A stretch of DNA of 64,000 nucleotides, from positions 102,858,001-102,922,000 of the forward strand of contig NW_026262734.1 in the NCBI RefSeq assembly GCF_021869535.1, read 5' to 3'. This document shows, piece by piece, positions 39,886 to 51,825 of the stretch (position 1 is the first letter of the stretch; every line of letters begins with the position of its first letter). Both the position numbers and the translations under genes were made by a program. Under the pieces are notes generated by a model that was given only the letters and a program-made list of their open reading frames with translations, was not told the DNA's origin and did no database searches. This DNA comes from Mytilus californianus (Eukaryota).

Positions 39886-41955
39886 AACGAATTATTCATT
39901 GAATTCAAGGATATTCTGCTACCATTCCTAGAGGAAATGTTCAATAGGATATTAGCGTCAGGACTATTTTTCGAAAGCTTGGGCACTCGCAGTGTTAATT
40001 CCTGTTTTTAAAAAAGATGACTCGTCCGATCCAACGAACTATCGTGGAATCAGTTTGGTCAGTAATTTAGCGAAAGTATTTAATCTATTATGAATTCAAG
40101 GCTAATAAAATGGTCTGAGAACAATGATATTATCCACGATGCGCAATTTGGATTTTGCCCTGGTAACAGCACTGTTGATGCAATTTATTGTTTGTTGACA
40201 CTTGTCAAGAAGGCACTTTTCAAGAAAAAAAAAACGTTTATATTGCTGCTTCGTTGACTACAAACAGGCATTTGACTCCGTATCCAGACTTTACTTATGG
40301 TTGAAACTGTGAAGAGTTGGTATAACAGGAAAATTGCTGTCTGTTTTAAAATCAATGTAATCTACAGTAAAAGTATGTGTAAAAATTGATGGTTTTTATT
40401 CTGAGCAGTTTACAAGTCAGGTTGGTCTTATGCAAGGGGAAGTTCTTTCCCCTATACTTTTTTCGTTATATGTCAATGACTTTGAAATGGAATTCCTACG
40501 TAATAGTAATATACCATATGAAGTACAAGATTTATCATTATTTTTTAATATGCACGCTGATGACATCATTTTATTTTCTGATTCAGTTACTGGCTTGCAA
40601 GATATGTTAGACACACTTTTATTATATACTTGTAAATGGGGTTTGACTGAATATATTTCCAAAACAAAAATTATGGTATTTAGAAACGGAGGTTTTGTGA
40701 AAGACGAAGAAATCTGGTATTATGATGGCAATGCTATTGACATAGTGGATGAAATTTGTTACCTTGATGTACTGTTAAATTCTAACGGTAAATTTGTTAA
40801 AGCTCAAAAGCTGAGCAAAGTAGAAAAGCTGTATTTGGTTTAAAGTCGAAGGTTTCGTCATTGTATTTGAATGTTTTTACATATTTGAATTTGTTTGATA
40901 CTTATACTAGGAGTATTCTATGTTAGGGGTGTGATATATGGGGCTTCCATAAACCTCCAAATATTGAAAAAATACAACTTAATTTTTGCAAAAATATATT
41001 AGGTGTCAAACAGTGTACAACAAATGTTATGGTTTATTTTAAATTGGGTAGATATACTTTGATATATTTTAGAATGTACAAAATAGTGACGTACTGGTTA
41101 AAATTATTATCCATAAGCAACTGTATTCTTAAAAACTGTTAAAGGGAACAACTGTATAATTTCTGTAACATAAGAAGCAGTTTGTTTATCAACTACAACA
41201 AGTATTATTTACCTTAGGTTTAAATGAGATTTGGTATAACCAAGACAATTTGATATTTGATACAAATTTATTATTGATTGTAAAAACAAGGATATATGAT
41301 CAAGCAAAACAGACTTTAAATGCTCAAATGAACATTTCATCTTAATGTTATTTATATAAATATATTGTCAATAATGTATGTTTGCAGAATTATCTCACTA
41401 AACATATGAATTTTAGAGTGTATTTAACTCGGCTAAGATTGTCTTCACGTAACTTGTTTGTTGAAGTAGGCCGTTATCATGGAGTAAGTAGATTAGACAG
41501 AAAGTGTACTCTTTGTTCTTTGAATACCACTGAAGATGAATTTCATTTTGTTTTACAATGTGAATGCTATAGAGATTTAAGGATACAGTTTATTAAACCT
41601 TATTATTATAGGCGTCCATCGTCGTTCAAATTAGTTCAACTTCTCAGCATTGAAAATGTCAAAGATTTGCGTAATTTGTGTAAATTATTATTTAATAAAC
41701 TTAATCATAGAACTGAACTCTTAGTGCACAATACTTGTTATTATACTTCATGTCAAAATGCCAGATTTTGATTGGTTAATACGAGGGAGACAATTTACTC
41801 TATCCCATGGCAAATACTCTATTACCCTTCGCGGAGACGCTTGATGAAGTGAGTGTGCGCTTTATTAAATACAGATGATTGTTATGTACATAGTTTATTA
41901 CTTTGAATTTAAAATTTAGTACACAGTAATAACAGAACATTCAGTATAATAAATT

Positions 41956-42091
41956 AAATAACACATAACTGAGAGGGTGATAGAGCAGATTGTTACCCCT
42001 CGAAAAAACATTGTCAACCTTGGCTTCGCCTCAGTTGCCAATGTTTTCTTGTAACAATCTGCTCTATCACCCTCTCAGCTATGTGCTATTT
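41956..42091. mobile_element. Hairpin MITE in the LINE 3' region
   Basis: Arms of about 40 bp ACATAACTGAGAGGGTGATAGAGCAGATTGTTAC and its reverse complement, with an inner stem around GGCTTCGCC. Confidence 0.75.
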
Positions 42092-44784
42092 ATATAATAT
42101 TTATTTGCTTCTCTGATGTATTATGTCATGTTGTGTTATAAAAATGTATTTGTATTTATTGCACTGATAAGCATAATGTGCTTAAAGTTATAAAGAATTG
42201 AATTGAATGTAATAATCTGTAATAATGAATTTTAATCCGAAATCACATATTACAATATAAAACTGTGATAACTAATTCCACAAATTAGTTATCACGAATA
42301 TAATCCGTTATAATCAATTATACAATTCGTTATAGCGCTTTGAATTCTTTATCAAAAATTACAAAAAATTGTGATAACGAATTTAGTTCGTAATTATGAA
42401 TTACAAAATCTGTTATAATGATTTCCACCAATTCGTTATCACAAATTTGATCTGTTATAACAAATCATACAATTCGTGATAACAATTTCAATTCGTGATT
42501 TCGAATTCAAATTTTATTTTAGGAAGGTCTCAAATGGTGGTCACGATTTTCTTAAATTTGGTTCAAAGGTCAAAGCTAAAATTTGAAGGAAAACGCAGAG
42601 TCACGTTTAGACAGCTGCCCGCCCCTTTACATACATGTATATGCGTTTATAGCTAAATAAATGCGAATAATTTAAAGGATTATAACTATAATTTCTATAT
42701 TTAGGACTAATTTGATATTTATGTTGCCAATTATTGTACGAGATTGACAATTGTACATATAGGGAGCACTTTTACAATTATCATTCAGCTGTTAGATAAC
42801 AGTGACCCTGACCTATTAAAATTTCCTAATTTGGAATTTTTACATAAGATACGGATATTTGATGTATGGAATGGTAGCAAATTGTACATGTCTTTGTGGC
42901 AGACTTCATCTGACCTTACCTCATCTACATGGAACATTGATAATGTAAATTTTATGTAATACTTGTATCAATATATAAATAAGGAGATGTGGAAGTAAGC
43001 AGTTATAGGCAACCATACGGCCTTCAACAATGTGAAAAATCCATATAAAAGGCCCAGATATAAAAAATTGACACAATTTAATTGAAAAAAAACTAACGGC
43101 CTAATTTATAACAAAACAATTAACCAAAACATATTTCACAGACATGAACCAACAACAACAACTCAAATTCCGGCTCGATCCTGAATTGGGACAAGCATAT
43201 AAAAAATATATAATCCTTTTCTCTAAGAATTTCGACATAATTCAGTCAGTTTGTTAAACATTCTTTACCAATAGAATACTAGTTTTTACGGTAATGGTGT
43301 TTATAATCATACTTTTCCCAGACGATACATTGATGATGTGCTTTCATTAGCTTTTAGTAAGGTAACGACCAATTGATTTCGATAGGAGGGAGTAGATGAG
43401 GATTTTGAAAATCAATAACTTGGCCTGGTATGAACTGAAAATAAATGACTTCGCAAAAGACCGGATGAAAATGAAACACTGCAACATGAAATGCAAGATA
43501 GTTGAGGATATAAATGTGTACAACAGTAACAAAAAAAAAAAAAAAAAAAAATCGCGCAGCACAGCCTCGGAAAAAAATAAGCATGCGTAGGCAACAGATG
43601 AAAAAAAAGTCAATCCGGAAATTATTTTCATGTTGCCAGCTTGGCACATATAGGTCATTGGTTTCAGTGGTTAGCTCGGACAAACCTATTTCCAATTTAG
43701 CTTTGAAATTATTGCAGTTGTGTCTTCTGGTGTATAATTTATAGCATATACGGTGATACATTTTTGTTGTAATTCACACCGAGGTGGATTTAGGTCGAAA
43801 ACATCATGCATGACTTGATATGCCATATTCCGGATGTGAAACGAAATCGACCGATTTGATTCTTATTCTACAATCATAACAAAACTATCTATTTAATAAA
43901 AAGTTTAAAGTATTGATTAACAGACACAAACCATATTCCTCCTGAGAAAACAATAATTTTCAAAGTTAGCTGGCTATTCAAAACAAATAAATCAACCACA
44001 CAACAAGCAAAGATGAAAAATGTATTGAATGACCACTGTCCTTGTTCATGATCTAATAGTGTAGGCACCAACATAATTAATGTCACGGGAAAATCCGTGT
44101 TTAATCAATGCCAAAATGGTGACTTAATTTGTGTTTTTAATTGCTAATTTCTTCAAAACTATTTTTATTTCACACACGAAATTTGGCAAACACATACACT
44201 CTGTCTTATTGCTTTAATAAAAGTAAAAAACTATCGTGATGACACACGTTATAATTTTCTTTCGATTAGAATATTGTAAATTTCGGGTAAAATTTTAGTC
44301 TTTATAAAATGCTGAAATAATAATACTATAATGACTTAAATATTTTCCTTTTTTTGTTTGTTATATGAAATATTTGAAACATAAACTATATCATAATTAC
44401 AATTTTAACCACCAATAAAGAGCGTTATCATTCTATTTTTCATGTTAAAGATTTCCCGTACAATACGGTATCTGGGGATACTCTGTAAAAACATGAAATG
44501 TAGAAAATCCTGACCATGGGAACTTACGACGACAATCATGATTGTGAAATATAAAGATTTTCCTATAATTTGCAAACAGAAATTGTCGTGTGTTATCCGT
44601 TAACTTAAACTCGTTAACTAGAGGACATTTTTGACACTGGACACCCTACTATTTTTGCTTTATAGATTTATAACTATTGAACAGCGGTATACTACTGTTG
44701 CCTTTATAATAATGGTAATTACCATGCCGCAACATCAAATTTAATTTTGATCTCGATGAATTGAAATATTGTGAAACATATGTA

Positions 44785-46020
44785 GGACTCGGAGGTGCGA
44801 TGGTCAGGCTGAAGTGCGATTGTCACGCTGATATGCGATGGTCTACGCCGAAGTGCGATGGTCCTTTCGGTGAAGTGCGATGGTTTTGCATGACGTTTGG
44901 ATATTGTGACGTTTTCAAATACAACGTCATTAAACTATAAATGAATTCACAGGCAGGAGAATAAGATTTGTAGATGAAGGTTTTGTGCGTACAAAGGAAA
45001 GGGAACAGAATGAAATGAACGATTCAAGTCCCAAACAGTTTTGAGCATTAAAGGTGTAGGTTACAAAAATATGTAAAACTAAGTCAGACAGCAAACCATG
45101 GGGACGAAGGCGGCAAAAGATGATCTTGGTCTGTAGATAGGCTAACCAGTGTTCGGAAGCATGTTTAATGTATGCCGCAAACGTTTTGTACGTCAAATAA
45201 AATGTCTTGATCTTAATATCAATTTTGACTTCTTTTCAAGTATACATCACATGATTGTGTGTGGACAACTTAATAATAAAATAAAATTAAATATTAGCAA
45301 AGTTTTCGTTTTATCAAGTAGCTATAATTTTGTTTTATTCTTGAGATGAATCCTGCTTTGTAAGAAAACATGCAATCTTAGTAATTTTACTGTGTTTACA
45401 GTATTAATTTTCTGTAATGAGTTAGGCCAAAATAAACCCGAATGGTCCAAACTTGGTGTACTTCTCAATTTTGTCTGCTCAGCGGAGAAGCAGCTAATTC
45501 TCAAGCTTTTGACAGAACAAGCTCATTATGAGTCAAGCATAAATGTACTTGATGGTTTTTATTTCTTAAAAACTGTTATGATATCAGATAAATAGATGAA
45601 TGAGTGCTGTGGGCAATTTCTTAGCTATGACATGACAAGAAAAAGTTACTAGTATATTTGATAAAATTAAATGTATCCTGCTTAGTTAGTACTATAGACC
45701 GCCGCGCTGAACCCGTTTTTTTTTTATCGCAATTGAACACTCAATATAAAAACGTGCCCTGCAACTCGAATCCATTATACTTAATCTGAGCCATCCGGTC
45801 CATTTTCCAACTCCATACTGTTGTGTGCTTAGCGAATAATTAGAAAATTAAAAATTAAAGTCTATTGTTTGACCTGACCAGAAATAAAACTCGACTTTCT
45901 TTATGTTAGACTAGCACGCTTACCACTACACCGCCACATTAAAGGGTATTTGAACTTCAGACCCTTGCATTAAGCTAGTATACACAACGTCACACTTAGA
46001 CCATCGCACTTCAGCGTAAT
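44785..46020. mobile_element. Putative TIR element with GAAGTGCGATGGTC subterminal repeats
   Basis: About 5 tandem motifs at 44790-44885 and an inverted motif GACCATCGCACTTC near 46000. Confidence 0.45.
45650..45935 (-). mobile_element. Degenerate tRNA-derived SINE
   Basis: Minus head GGCGGTGTAGTGGTAAGCGTGCTAG (A-box-like). The body resembles 49925-50160. Confidence 0.55.
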
Positions 46021-46214
46021 AATTAGAAAAAATGAATCAATACTCAACTTTCACCTTGCTGTACTTTGAGCAACACATTATATAGAAGTTATTTATTTAG
46101 AAATTCTCTTATTCCATGTTTTCATCATACCAAGAATTAACCAAACAATAAAATTTCAACTCGAAACAACACATCTTAAGACGCAAAAATTGTTCAAATT
46201 ATGATCTTATACAC

Positions 46215-46308
46215 TTTACCTTTAACTTATTATTGACTTTGAAAATATTTTTCTTAACGACCTTGGTTATATTGTGATATGTCAGTGAGGTTGTTCATTC
46301 AGTAAAAC
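46215..46308 (-). pseudogene. Decayed LRR pseudo-exon (FY*MNNLTDIS[22-nt insertion]KNIFKVNNKLKV)
   Basis: 94 nt = 72 + 22, ag|G...AA|gtgtat. It has a premature stop and degraded splice sites. Confidence 0.5.
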
Positions 46309-47510
46309 CTTCGATTTATTTGTGTTAAGAATTAATTGTTTTCCAAATTGGAAGTAATGTTTGTACAAACTGGATTATCGATAGAATGCTGAAAGGTTTA
46401 CAATAGTCTCATTTTAGCTGCATATATTAACTTTGGTAAAGATACGTCGCCATATATTACACTGAATTGTTTTGTACATGATATCAGTTACACTTAAGCC
46501 AAATATCTAAAAAGTAAAATGAAAAAAAAAAATAAATAACGAGGTTCAGGGAAAATTCAAAACTTCGTTTGGTGTGTCCTGGTGTAATGTTGTAAATTCT
46601 TCGGAGATGTCTTTTGTTATTCTGCATTTACATGTTGTAATGTACTTCTATATTATCCATTTATGCATTTCTCTGTTTTGACTGTTCTTGTGTTTGTTTG
46701 TACTGAATTCCTGTCACGCAATGTTATCATTATAGCGGTATTTTTAACATTGCCATATAAGCGGGACGTTTTGTCAGCAATAAAACAACGTTCAACTCAC
46801 CATTTTTCTTAAATAGCCCTGTACCAAGTCAGGACTTTGGCAGTTGTTATCAAATAGTACGTTTCTATGAATGTTGGCGTCTGTTTTTTTTTTTTTTTTG
46901 CAGTTCTGTGTTTCTGTTGTTTCGTTGTTTTGCTCTTATAGTTGATGTGTTTCCTTCAGTTTTAGTTTTAACCCGGATATATTTTTGTTTTATGAATTTA
47001 TCACTATCGAACAGCGATATACAACTGTTGCCTTTATGATAATGTTAATTACCATACCACCATATCAAATTTGATTTTGATCTCGAGTGAATTGAATTAT
47101 TGTGAAACATATTTTTATATTGACAATTATTTTATATTGACAATATGCAATCGATTGTTTCGATTTACAACTTATTTTACGCAATGATAATTGATATCAG
47201 AGTCAATCCTAAACACATTACCTCTCCCTCAGCTTTTACAGATTATCAAAATTAATCAGGAATAGCGAAAATAATACTTTGTTCCACAATTTTGACTATT
47301 TTTATGTTTTCAGAAATAAACAGTAGTATTAAAGTTCAGATTGTCGTAATTATGGTTAATGCATAAATAATATCCTAAGGTCGGTCGACAAATAGTATTT
47401 CAGGAATGATAAACAAACTGTGCATTGAAGATTTCTTCGAAAAAAATGAAGCTTTTAGCCAGCATCGCATTTGATAGTTTTTGGTAGCAGTTATTGATAA
47501 TCAAACTTAC

Positions 47511-47582
47511 AGTACTTGCAAAGCAACGTTGGAGGACAACAGATCAGGTGGCAAAATCGTCAAAGTATTCCTTTGGAGGAAT
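47511..47582 (-). CDS. LRR exon 5: FLQRNTLTILPPDLLSSNVALQVL
   Basis: 72 nt, ttttccttttttaaaag|A...CT|gtaagt, phase 2/2, no stop. Confidence 0.9.
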
Positions 47583-48571
47583 CTTTTAAAAAAGGAAAAA
47601 TATAATAACTTTTTAAGACATAACCAAATAAAAATACAAAATTGAAAAAAAATAAAAGTTCACGCTTCGTTAACGCCAAAATACAGAGGGAATATTTGTG
47701 CATACAAGTAATCAAAAGACAAACAACTGCAATCGATTGTTTCAAATTCTGTTAAAATACTTATATTTGTATTATTGTTTTGTCTTTAGACACAACGTAA
47801 TAGCCGGCTGTCTTCGTCTTATATTTGGGACGATATCAGAAAAAATATTCGTTGAGTGTTTAATACACATTGCATGAATTGTTTGATGTAGTCATTGTGC
47901 ATTGTAATTCACTCGAAAACACAACATGATTCTTTTCATGTCATCTCAAAGAAAAAAATCATGAATTTTATTTTTAATTCCTTTGAACTTCAAAGATAAA
48001 GGCATGGATTTTCCTCCATTGTATTGTATATTAAAATGACACAATTGTTCTCACAAACAACTTTAAAAGCATTATATTGGTTGGTCTGCCTAATAATTCA
48101 AACAAACTCTTCCCAAATGATTAAAATAGTTTCTATCTTATTGCAGTAATAAACCAGTTAGAAGACGTTCTTGACAACTCATAGCCTCTGGCCTTTGTGA
48201 TTCTTGTATGTTTTTTTTTTATTTTAGTTTAATTATGTGTTTTGGGGTTTAGTGTGACGTCCATTTTCTCTGAACTAATACACATTTTAGATAATGGGCC
48301 ATCTGAAGACCGCCTCTAGGTGCGAGATTATCTCGCTGTGTTGAACACCCATTAGTGGCCTTTGGCGGTTTTCTGCTTTTTGGTCGGATTGTTGTCTCTT
48401 TGACACATTTCCCATATCCATTTTCAATTTTATTAATATAAAGCCTATATATTCGAAAAAAATGACCAGGGCAAAGGTTTCCGATACCAACTCAAATATG
48501 AGTATAGCATTTTTTATTAGGTAAATACTATCAACAAACAACGTAAATGAATGAAGTTATGTTCTACTTAC

Positions 48572-48643
48572 AATATTATCAGTGCTACATTGTTCCTTAA
48601 AACACCATCAGGTACGCTAGTTAGATTGTTGTCGTTCAAAGAC
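48572..48643 (-). CDS. LRR exon 4: SLNDNNLTSVPDGVLRNNVALIIL
   Basis: 72 nt, tttttattctcattaag|G...TT|gtaagt, phase 2/2, no stop. Confidence 0.9.
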
Positions 48644-49924
48644 CTTAATGAGAATAAAAAAAAGCAAGCCAATGTTTACTCTTTAATGTCCTATATTTCA
48701 AACACTTACAGAATAAAAGTAGAGTTTATAGGAGATCATAATATATATATAATTACATAGAATGTGTCGATAGTAAAGGAAGAAAGAACCAGAAATAATA
48801 AGGCAATCAAAAACTAATTTTATAGCAACTAACGTATCAACTATGACAACAATATATTACCAGATCATAGACATTTCCAATAAAATGACATACGTACGTA
48901 ACTCGACGTACGGACTTAATGGGACTGTTTTTTTCCAACCATTGAATTTGTTTAAATACGTCGCTCAAGTTTAAACAAAGAATTCCAAGACAAATCACAC
49001 ACAGGAATTTTCGTTTATATAAAATAATTTTAGCATGACGAAAAATAATAGAAATCTTCCATTTTCATTTATCACGTGGTTCTCCAGATTCTTGCCTTTA
49101 GTTTCACTGACAATCATCAGATTACGTATAAACACACGTATTCCATACCTATCATACGATCGATTTGAGTTATCTTTCATGGTTTTGATTATGAAAATTA
49201 TTTTTCAATATACTTTGCAGATGAACGGCCCATTATGTTTATTTTTCGTTATTCGATGTTTTTCTTTCTTTCCTTTTTTCTTCCTTCTCTCTTTCTCTAT
49301 CTTTTTATTATATTTGCTGTTAAAGAAGGATATCATTTCTGACAATATCAGAAATATCGAAACCAGTGTTTGTCAGAATCTTTCTCTTTACAAAAGTTGA
49401 AAACTGAGATAAAACTATCGCTGCCAATTAATGTCTAAACAATAGTATTTTTCGTTCATTATAAAATGTGTTGATAAAAAATTCCCTATATTGGTTGTAT
49501 TGTAGACGGTGTGCCCGATTAAGGATTGTTCTGTGTTGTTTTGTTTTACGAGAATGTAAAGGAGTCCAAATACGAAAGACATTTCCAGGCAATTTTTTTT
49601 TTTTCAATATCCCTTGAAGCAAATTAACTTATAGTATTTTATCAATTTCATTGTCTTAAAAATAAATTATTGGGGGGGGGGGGGGGGGGGGGGGTGTCCA
49701 CAGAATTCGTGTTACTGCATAAATAATTAACGGAAATGTGTTAGGAAAGAAACCTAGAACAACATAAGATAATAAGATTTCGTTGCCAGATGCGGATCCA
49801 GGATTTTGAAAGGGGGATCTAGGCAACGTCAGAAGTAGAATATAAAATATAAGTATTACTAGGATGTAGGTTCATATATATAAATGTTCGTTGCATATGT
49901 ATTTCACATATACATATTTAGGAC

Positions 49925-50160
49925 GAGAAGATGAATATGAACCAGACTTTTTATTATACCGCAGGAAGACATGTCACCCTACTCGGACACATGATTCTGA
50001 CTCCGGACCGAGCCATCTTTGCTCTTACTCCTAAATATTGCGTGCTTGGCAGAGATGCAGTCAATCTTCGATTTGAACCGGGCGAGGATCGAGCCCAATT
50101 CTTCTCTCATTCGAGCAGTTGTGTAGCTTCCATTGACGCAATGAGGCAACAGCCTCATCA
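49925..50160 (-). mobile_element. tRNA-derived SINE
   Basis: Minus strand has a B-box-like GGGCTCGATCCTCG, then GGAGTAAGAGCAAAGA..GGCTCGG..GTGTCCGAGTAGGGTGACATGTC. Confidence 0.65.
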
Positions 50161-51589
50161 AATGTTTGACCATTAAAAAAGAGAGATAAAGAGAAAATAT
50201 ATACCGTGTATTTCATAGTATAGAATATACAGAGTGACGACGGTTCAAAACGTTGACTGCTTTTCTCTTTACTCATTCATTTCTCGTTATTAACGTCTTG
50301 AAAAATATACGTCAAACTTTCTTTCATAAAATGAACACGGTAGAGTCAAATATCTTTTTTTAAGGAACAGACAAGGTATACCTCACAAAAAAAAAAAAAA
50401 TGATTCAAACAAGATGTCATAACTGTGAATCTGACATGATGCTTGATTTCGTTTTTGGCAAACGAACTTGTTACTTTAGGTAGACGTAGTTTTAAACAGA
50501 CACAAGGCATTCCTGCATTTTATGTAGTACTCTTCCTACTGATACGTACCGTGGTTAATATAAGCAAGACTTCATAGTTCACCCAGTTATTGTATTCCAT
50601 GCATTTTGACAAAAGCTAAACGTATGAAGTTAAAAGACATAGTGGATCTTAAACTTTAATATCACTAAATATATACAAAAACATTTTAGAGGAGGTCATA
50701 CATATAATTCTGTCAATTATTTTTTGTTTTGATCAGGACCTGTCTGTAATTGAATACTGAAAAAAGTAAAATCACAAAAATACTGAACTCCGAGAAAATT
50801 ATACCTTTAACCAGCAGTTTCATTAAAATATTTTGATTTAATGCGCACTGAACATATTATTATTTCGTGATAAAATTCCACAAATCTGGATTTTTCATAG
50901 ACAGGATCTTTGTGTCTATCAAAAGTATGGTCACCTACACCCCTCCACCCTTTTTTTTGGGGTGTTTCCTTAGCGTTGCAGGATGTACCAGTATGTACTC
51001 TATAAGATTATATTCAACTTTATAACATGTTTAAAAAGGTCGTCCGTTTGGTTGTCAGGAAAGTATAAATACACAGCCACGTCTAGTAGGAGTAGTGTTT
51101 CAACAAATCTAATGTAGGTGCGTACATTAGTTCTACACGGAACAGAACCAAGGATCCATAGTGGGTCTGTAGCCATACAAAATGTTAGACCCTATGTAAC
51201 ATGCTCTTTTTTCCAGGTACAATTGAAATTTATGCTGTTATCATGGTCGACCTAGTGTACATATCTATTGTATTATTTTGTTTTACTTATCCTGAATATG
51301 CATGCACTTTTTTGTCTCTTAGTGTCCGATAACAACATTCAATTAAATAATAAATCAGACGTGTTTAAAATTATGATTTTTCTTGCATTTGTAAATGCTG
51401 AAAACTATTTTGCGATTCAGACTTTTAACTAACCATCTACTCTCTATTGGCATTGACGTATTTTAACCAAGTTGAGGCTTTGACTGCCAAAATTTAAATC
51501 ATTTGCCTCATCAGCAATGAAATCTAAGGTACGCTACTGTCGATGGATAGATAGTTGGTTGCTTAAAGTCAATGGCAAATATTTCATGC

Positions 51590-51825
51590 ATATTACACGT
51601 GCAGAGAGCGTGGCATTCTTTCTACCAGAAGCATCTAATTTAACGTCTCCACTCTGACCGGAAGTGATTGCGTAGATGTACATCCCGCACAGTCAAACGG
51701 ACGCCCCACTTTGGCAATGGTTTAACTGCTGGTCGGAACAAGACCAATAGTGACCAAATTTCTATTCCCCGGTCAGCCTGGAGGGGTTACTGTCGAGGCG
51801 AGCACGCTACCACAAGACCAAAGCG
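51590..51825 (-). mobile_element. tRNA-derived SINE (mirrored copy at about 52900-53105 on plus)
   Basis: Head TGGTCTTGTGGTAGCGTGCTCGCCTCG and body GGGAATAGAAAT..GGTCACTATTG..GTTAAACCATTGCCAAAGTGG. Confidence 0.65.

Larger units (their letters stand above)
36253..42206 (+). mobile_element. Decayed full-length LINE (RTE-X or CR1-group; clade uncertain): ORF1, APE endonuclease, RT and C-terminal Cys/His motif
   Basis: ORF1 KRVEDVENSQQFIS...RKPRPIIVKF, APE LYWNINGGL..SECW..FSDHAPL, RT NYRGISL..QGEVLSPILFSLYVND..HADDIILF, RKCTLC..EDEFHFVLQC, and 3' tail AAAGAATTGAATTGAAT. Many stops and shifts. Confidence 0.9.

Noticed and set aside
43347-43761. Cluster of overlapping ORFs on both strands
   Set aside because: Low-complexity poly-A/poly-T translation within a MITE-like fragment.
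44528-44603. 76-nt minus-strand candidate exon with a GTAAGT donor (LTDNTRQFLFANYRKIFIFHNHDCR)
   Set aside because: Phase 0/1 is incompatible with the phase-2 array, and the acceptor is weak.
45870-51825. tRNA-like heads at 45870-45935, about 50080-50160 and 51770-51825
   Set aside because: No complete cloverleaf, and each is attached to a SINE body. They are not tRNA genes.
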